From Octopus sinensis (lineage: Eukaryota), in NCBI RefSeq assembly GCF_006345805.1, contig NC_042999.1:71052001-71116000 (forward strand): a DNA stretch of 64,000 nucleotides. Direction: 5' to 3'. The notes below the pieces were generated by a model. That model made no database searches, was not told the DNA's origin, and worked only from the letters and a program-made list of their open reading frames with translations. A program made the translations under genes and the position numbers. Of this stretch, positions 56,095 to 64,000 are shown one piece after another; positions within the stretch are counted from its first letter, which is position 1; every line of letters starts with the position of its first letter.

Positions 56095-58301
56095 ATGTTA
56101 AGATTTACGAACACTGCTTTACTGTGACATAATCATTTTCAGACGTTTAGATTCAATGTTGTGAACCTGGGACTCAGCTTAGCATGTGTTAAGTCATTTT
56201 GTTTTGTGATACCACCACTTTACATAAACGCTCTTTCTAATTAACAGGATCAATTAAGTGTGACATTGATTTTATTATATAGTCCCATTTGCTGAATGCC
56301 GTATTACTAAAGGTTAAGGAAGAAAAAGAAACAAAAGAAAGAACAACAACAACTAAAGTAACTGCAATAACTACACCGACTTACATAAATACTAACTCCA
56401 TCGGAAACCGAATTCTGAACCAATCTTTCCCGTTTTGCGTGTGAAAATTCATGTACACATACGCGCGCACAAACATTAAGTAGTTCAGAATGTATATATG
56501 AAATCTTGTTTGCGTTTGTATGTATTTGTGTGTTTTTAAACATCTTTTTAAATATTGTTCAGGAAATATCAAGTCACTGTCACAGACGTTATACATCAGA
56601 AACCCGCTTTTTTGATCGACTGCCAAGAACATTTGCCAAGGCAGCACTGCTGGAGTTATGAGATTGATTATACACTCGGCTTCTATTTACTTGGCTGCAC
56701 ATTTTGTTACTCAACGGATAAAACTGTCATGTATTAACAGCTTAGCAGCATCAGACTTCATTAACTCTGAAAGGTTCTTAGAGCATTTAACGTACATCAT
56801 GTTAATAAAGTTGCTCAGAACGATCTTTTCAGCTGTATGACATTTCTTTTGATGATTTAGTACTAGCTTTGTAAAACTTGACGGTCATTACTAATCTTCA
56901 TAGTCAAAGAGCCAAACTTACGTACACTGTAGAGGATAACGTATTATTAAAATAGTGACTCCGAATAACTCGATTACACGCAGGTAAATTCGGAACATAA
57001 TTACAATGACTTCTTGTCTTTAAAGTTTAGTTAAATTGTGATAAATATAAATGTTAATAGCTTAAGAAGATGCATTCATATTGGAAACGCTAAGCTAGTA
57101 AGAGGAATACATGCGATCGTTCAAAATTATCACGCTATCTTCATAGGAGATATTTTGGCCTTCATTTCTAAATCTCGACAAATTCATCCATCCGAAAATA
57201 CATCATATAAATCTAAATTGATTTGTTATTTATTCATAGGTTAAATACCTGCGTTACGTTAACTTTTCCAGTTTGCCAATACTACAGGAGATAATTTTAT
57301 CTTGTCTTTTAAAAATCTCATTTTCTTTCGATGGAAGGATTTACAGTAGATTTAAGTAAATCTTATTCTTGTATCAAATATCATACTTCATATTTCATAT
57401 ACTTAACAGGAAGCTAATATTTCATATACTTCTGTTGTAAGATTTTGAGATTTCGGCCTAAACATTCTAGGCCCGAGCGAGATATTCAGATATTCAGACT
57501 GAATATCTAGCTCACATATATTCAGATATTCAGACAGTCTTTGATGGATCTCCGTCGTTCGACGATGAAACTTCAGTTGTTCGACGAACTAGATTGCTTA
57601 CTTCTGAATTAAGACGTAAGTGGCTGAGAATTCTACAGACATGTGTACCAATAACGTAATTTTTGGACAAGATCAGCGTGTGACAATGTGTGACAAGGCT
57701 ATTCCTTTTGACGGGCTTTTATATAATTTCCCTCATTCCAACTTCACTTTCAAGGTCTGAACTGAACTGAGGCGACTGACTTGAACCAACTTGAGGCCAA
57801 CCGACCTGGACGTCATGCATTGTGATCTAACAACAAGAGATTCCAAAACTAATTTCTTAAGCATTCGTCCATCCTTGCCTACAAACTGTCTATAAAATAC
57901 ACCAAAATTATTGTATATTTAAGTTTACGGTTAGCCTATACAATAAAATACAATACAATTATTTGAACGTTCTTTATTAGAAGTATCCAGTAACTGGGAG
58001 TCATGCATCCCGACTTCAGGTCCGGGGGGAATCGAAGCTGTGTTATTCATACATTTCCAAACTCCATTCTTGGACTTTAATTGCTAAAAATTGAATTAAA
58101 GATTTTAAGAATGTTAGCTAAAATGGTATGGTCATAATTTATAAAATCACTTTTTTGAAAATTACTAATGAATAAACACAATCTCTTACTACTTTATTGC
58201 TCATGAATTAATTTCTATTATTTTTGGTTGTTGTATAGCCCCAGATAAGCCTTGATCAAGCAGACATGACGTGCAGATAGTCAGCCAAACGGTTGATGTG
58301 A

Positions 58302-58545
58302 TTATACATCTGGTGTTCTAGATATACCATTCTCCTCCAGCTGAGGATCAAATAATTGCCGCATGATAGTTTGCACATATTGCATCTGCCATTGATCCCT
58401 CTGTTCTTGTATGACTCTACGTTCGACTGGTGCTACAACAGAAGCAAGTGAGGTGGTATTTGTTGTGCAAGTTATTCTTCTGTACTCACCATCAGCGGAG
58501 TACATCTCAGAACAGTGTTGGTGAAATATTGATGTTGCTGTGTGA
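58302..58545 (-). CDS. Weak candidate host exon (unknown protein)
   Basis: Acceptor tttctctcactcactccag, then an open frame HTATSIFHQHCSEMYSADGEYRR...RTPDV-stop; alternative donor G|gtgagt ~57 nt in; non-repetitive and GC-richer. Confidence 0.3.
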
Positions 58546-59515
58546 CTGGAGTGAGTGAGAGAAATAGGTATTTTAGGATAGTGATTTAATTCAGAAGTAC
58601 TCCCAAATAGTTTTTTTTATAAGATTGTGATCAGTTTATTTATTTCTAAAATGGGGAGTAAGATAATAATATAGCAAGAAATAAAGAATGATTTTTTTAT
58701 TTTTTCTAAGAAAGCTTATGAACTTATGTACTTTTTGCATTTCTTTCGAGTTAATATTTGTAATTTCTTACATAGGCACACATTTAGAAATTTAGGAAAA
58801 GGGGAACAGTCGATTATATCGACCCCAATATTTGACCGAGAATTTTTTGTATCCACGTCAGAAAGATTAACTTGATTTTAGAGGAATGTGAACACATACG
58901 GATGCACACATGCATACACAAATAAAATAGGATCCTATCAAAGCACAACTATAACTGTTTCAGTATAAGATGTCCGATGACATGATTTGTGAAAAAAAAA
59001 ATCACACAAGAGAAAAGTTAAAAGTTAAAAATCAATAAATTCCTTAGAACTGCTACAATTCCAAATACATTTCAATCTGCTGTATATTATTTTAGATGTT
59101 TGACACTATATATGTATCGCATAATACAATTTTGAGAACCACGCAAAATTATATTTTGTTTTAGAAATCTCGTGTCGCCGTATTATTTGCTGACGTCCCA
59201 GAATCACTAAATCCTTACCAAGAAACTGGGAACCAGAAAGACCTCTGGGGCTTGGTCGAGCAGCAACCTACAGACCAATAAATAGCGAAACTAAAGAAGG
59301 CCAGAAGGATTTTGCGAAGGTAGGTCTTCAATTGGAACAGAGAAGTGAAAAGGAACGTAGAAATGTGCGAGGATAAGCTGGAAGAGATTGAAGAATAGTT
59401 GAAAATGATAGGGATGATATAAAACCAGACGTAAAGAGAACTACAGTACAAAACGCATTAGGAGACTGCCATGGAAAGCCTACATTCAACCAGGAAAGCG
59501 AGCATATCATGATGA

Positions 59516-59623
59516 TGAAGTTATTACTCTCAAGTAAGTAACTGATTTTGGCCTGATATCTAAAAAGCACGAGCCCCGCTATAGGGCCGAGATTCAGTTA
59601 CTTACTTGAGAGTAATAACTTCA
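59516..59623. repeat. Perfect 30-bp inverted repeat with a 48-bp spacer
   Basis: tgaagttattactctcaagtaagtaactga (59516-59545) / tcagttacttacttgagagtaataacttca (59594-59623). Confidence 0.92.
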
Positions 59624-60689
59624 ACCGTCTAGTTGAATCGGTTGTTCATAAACTTAATCATTGGTTCGATAGAAATCCCCTCTCAACGTTATAAACATTT
59701 GCATTTATCATAAATATACTCTTATGAGAGAAGCAGGCGAGGAAATCGACTTAAATATTTGACTGTTATTTTACTTTATCGACTCCAGATAGATGAAAAA
59801 CAATGATGACTGTGTTAGGAGCTGAAATTAGGACGTAAACTGCTGAAAAAAATACTACTTGGCATCTTATATGGCGATCAAGCGGTTCGGCCGATTAATG
59901 AACGACACTGTTGCACCAAAGTCTTCTATCCCACAGCAACATGCTTCAATGCTTTTCACATCACCAGTGGTATAAATCATCTTGCGGGGGAACTATTAGT
60001 ACTCTTCGTACTAAACCGAACTTTGGGTTCTTAAATCAAGCACTAACTCTTGTAGCTAAATCTAACTTCAATCACACTAAATTTTAATGCATGTTTAATT
60101 CAATTGTTTTACTACCCCCCAACTCAAGTAATGTCTTTAGACCGATTCTAGGCAAAGGATCGAGGTGAAAGGGAATAAAATTAATGCCACAATAAACTCG
60201 CTGTTTACATACATAGTAAATAAAAGTGGTAATTCAATAATAAAAGATGTAAATAAAATCAATAACATCGTAAAACACAATCATCACAGAACTGATAAGA
60301 CAAGTGAAGGCAATAAAATATGGTAAATGAGACGACAATAAAATAGCTAATAAAATAAAATGAAATGGCAATAAAAACGATAAAAATATGAAAACGAAGG
60401 AAACCACCAACATTAATTAGGGTACATGTTAGCCCTGAATTAAAAAAAAATATCCAGGGCATTGCAGGAAAACAGTGAGAAGATTTATTTTGCAAGTTAG
60501 TGACCCCGAGAAGAATGTGTTGTGCATGAAACTTGGAGCGTGTCAGTGGGATAATTAAGACGAACAGATACAATTCGTTAAATTTGGAAAACTGAGCTGT
60601 GGTAACTCCCGAATTGTTGGCCCATGGAATGAAACACATTAGTATACCTTCCATGGAAATGACAGAAGAAAAAGATCGACGAAAATATC

Positions 60690-60960
60690 CCCAGCGACTA
60701 AAAGATGTATTCATTCGCATCTGTATTCTATCAAGACTAGATAATATTCATTTAGAGACACTCTCCTCAGTGTTTAAGGCTTTTTGGACAAATCGGGCTC
60801 TTGTAGAGTAACAGTTGTGCCTCAGGTTTTAACAACTTTTTAAAACTGTAAACACCCACCCTTCTAGCCGCTATTCTGGCAACAAACGTAATATAGGAGT
60901 TGAATCTCAAATCAGATATGAATATAAGTTCTATGAGTTTATCAAAACAAGCCAAGAGAT
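60690..60960 (-). mobile_element. Highly decayed LINE ORF2 C-terminal fragment
   Basis: DLRFNSYI...AARRVG...KKLLKPEAQLLLYKSPICP resembles the post-RT segment of Jockey/L2/CR1-type LINEs. Confidence 0.4.
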
Positions 60961-62899
60961 TCCTTGAAAGCGATCCACTCCGTCGAAATGGATGTAAGAT
61001 CAGACATGTCTAATGGCGGTGGAGATATACTAAGTTGCTTTCGGTAATGAATTCCTTTATTCATTCATTTTATTATTAAAATAGACGGTTTAAAATCTTT
61101 CTTTGTAAGTGAATTGCTGAAGACAGCAAAATGCAAATGAATAAACATTAGGTTTGACATACATAAAGAATAATGATATGTATTAAAAGCTTCTTCATGA
61201 CAATTAATTACGTAAAATTTCCATGTAACGTTATAACATTATCATTTGAAACGGTTGTGAATGACATCTGGAGAGAAAGGAAAAAAATAAAATAAATCCA
61301 TGTATTCTAAATGGAAACATTTGAAGAGGCTTTGTATAGTATTGATAATGTAACGGAATGGATATCCATTTATAAATTGGAAGTAGTTTCATGATATATA
61401 GCATTTCCAAGGCTTCCAAGCCAACAGGAAGTTTTGAATACAAACATCTATACGGTTGTTAACTGTGTTAAGTGGGACTTATAAATACAAATAAATATAT
61501 ACAAAATACTAAAATACAGGCAAAGTTGGGCGGATCTGTTCGAAATAACCTGAAGCGAAATGGTTCAACTAAAATGATGCTTGTCATAGCAATTGCAGAC
61601 TTAGCGTATTTATCTTTTCTTGTCTCTAACAATACTTTATCATTTCCGGAACTCATGTATTTGAAAATTATAGTGCATTTTTGCGTCCTCTGCCATTCAC
61701 CCCGTATTTCTGGTTTCATGCATATATTACTTTATTAATATTCTCTCTCTCTCCGTCTCTATTTCTCTATCTATTTCTCGCTCTTTTTATTCTTCTATAA
61801 CTTTTTACATCTTTCCTCCTACACATGTTCTCCCACTCTCTTTTTCACCATCAATTACTCATCAAAAATTTTTTTCCTATCCCTCTCTCTTTCTTTCTCC
61901 CTTGACCATTTTCACTACTCATTTGTCCTTTAAATTCTCCCTTTCACACCCTCTCATTTCAGTTTAACTGCATGCCTATTCTAAAAATATTATTAATATT
62001 ATGTTTATGCCCTTTGATGTCGGATAGATAATAAAATAAATGAATGCCGAATAACAACCAGTCACTTAAGGTAGGAATTGTAGAGAAATGTGATTGTTCA
62101 ACACAACTATTAGTATCGTTAGGTTAAATACATAGCAAAAAATTTCAGAGTATACTTTGCAAAGATAAGAACTCGTATGGAGCGTGAGCCGTACTGTTTA
62201 GTACTAATTTTTTCAGATTTCATATGTAAGGTTTCCCCGGTATTTTTTCCAGGAAACCACTGATTTTTTTTATATGACCTCCTGATGCTACAGACGCAAC
62301 TAGTATTGATTCCTTCTTCAGGTGCTACATCCTTCTCATTTCAATTTCAAGGTTATAGCAAATTTACCATATTCTTTTACAGATAATATTGTTGTATCTT
62401 ACATTTTTTTACGACATTTCTGTGGCCAGGCCGACGGGGCTCTTGCTGAGCTGAGTAATTAGGCGAGACTTTATTCCTTTTTGGAGCCAATTTTCCATTT
62501 AAATTCTTCAGTTTTTCATTTTTCAATTTTAAAATTTGGAAAAATGTCCTTGGAAAAGAGTGTCAGCTTTTCCTTTCTTTTTGACTTCCCCTCTGCTGTC
62601 GGAAGACAGCCAAAAAGTTTAAAAATTAATTTTCTCCGCCCTCTCCGCGCCTTAAAAGGCCGAGAGAGGGACGATAAAAGTCTTGCTAGCACGTGCAATG
62701 CTGAGCAACAGAAGGAGAAATAAGAGGAAAGGAGCAAAGAAATTCAGCTAATGGACGTTGCCAAAGTCGTGACACCTGTGAATCCAAGCCCTTCCACTAC
62801 CACTCAATTCTGTATCTGTCTTGGTGTTTACATATCTTGCAAACTGACCGTACATTTGCTTTTCCTTCCATGCTTTTTCTATTTGATTTGTTAATTTCT

Positions 62900-63930
62900 T
62901 GTTTAAATTTTTATTTAGTTACACAATTTTCAGTTTTGATGACGCCGGCCTTCTTTGTGTGTTACAACAGTGGCTCCACGGAAATTTTTAGATACCTCCC
63001 TAAGCTGTTTTCCTCTGCTTTGATACAGTCCTGGCAACCGATCAAAACTTTTCCACCTTTTCTTCTGAACAAGTACGATCTATCGGTGTCACTCTTAGGA
63101 TGGAACGTTTCGTGTACGGTCGACATTTTCCAGGATTTGGTATCCATTTTCTTCATCTCTTTCTTTTGCTATTTTATAATTCCCGCTCCGTACCGAAGTG
63201 ATGCTATCGTCCATGTATTAATCACTTGGATTTTATTACATCCAGTGAATTTTGAGCGTAACACGAGCCTGAGTTTTCGAAATACTCCATCCTTAGTTAC
63301 TCTTTCATTTCCTCATCAATTATCTCGTTGAACTCTAGTACACCAAGGTGTTTGTATCCTTCCGTTTCAATTTGTTTAATCCAGTCTCTATTCAGTAATT
63401 CTATCCATGATAGGGATTTACCGTGCCTCTTTTTAGGTAGATTATTCCGCACTTCTTGAGTCCAAATTTCATTCTAATATCAGTACTAAAACAGTGGTAC
63501 GTGTTCACCAAGGAACTGACTTGCGTCTTATCTTTGTCATACAGTTTCAAATCATCCATGAAGTGGAGGTGGCTGGTTGTTTGAGATTTTCCCCAGGTTC
63601 ATTTTCCTAAATACCAAGGTCAGGGGTATCATACAGAGAACAAAAAGCAACGGTGTTAGGCTATTACCCAGGAAAATCCTTTTTCTGATACCCAGGTGCC
63701 CAAGCTTTTTCCGAAAGATGTCAGTTCAGTTTTCAATCCCACCATACTTCTCTTCCGAAACACGTTACATTCCGCGCTATTCCAAACAAATCTAAGCACT
63801 CGATGATCCACGAATGTGGGATCGTATCATAAGCTTTGCAATAGTCAATCTACGCCATTCTTAGATTTGTTCCTTTTCGTTTACAAACTTGCATTACCAC
63901 TTTGTCTATCAATAGTTGATCTTGCTGGTA
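62900..63930 (-). mobile_element. Decayed R4/Dong-like LINE reverse transcriptase
   Basis: DQLLIDK...IDYCKAYDTIPHSWIIECL, IFLGNSLTPLLFVLCMIPL, FMDDLKLY, HPKSDTDRSYLFRRKGGK. Confidence 0.75.
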
Positions 63931-64000
63931 ATAGGAAGGTGTTTGCTTCAGGCTGCATAGACATTCAGCTGTAGTAGTATGTTATTCTTACTCAATATCT

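Overview
This is AT-rich, gene-poor eukaryotic DNA made almost entirely of repeats. The SINE families and microsatellite spectrum resemble an octopus (coleoid cephalopod) genome; that assignment is inference. No host gene can be called with confidence; two weak exon candidates are listed. Main content: (1) a near full-length Tx1-clade (L1-group) non-LTR retrotransposon at 22.9-29.0 kb (zinc-knuckle ORF1, APE+RT ORF2 with one frameshift), flanked by two 5'-truncated relatives, with all three 5' junctions directly after (TATC)n-type microsatellite, plus an ORF1-only relative at 47.5-48.9 kb; (2) a full-length mariner, decayed mariners, a mariner MITE and a hAT MITE; (3) remnants of Vingi/Ingi, RTE, CR1/L2 and R4/Dong LINEs, tRNA-type SINEs whose tails match LINE 3' ends in the same window, and Helitron/HINE-like elements. 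The most notable signal is at least four unrelated families of short non-coding elements inserted in (AT)n tracts. Each carries a foldable type-I hammerhead ribozyme and is arranged as tandem repeats or palindromes, including a 2.3-kb near-perfect palindrome, resembling Penelope pLTR/retrozyme elements. Most short ORFs in the track are microsatellite or antisense artefacts.
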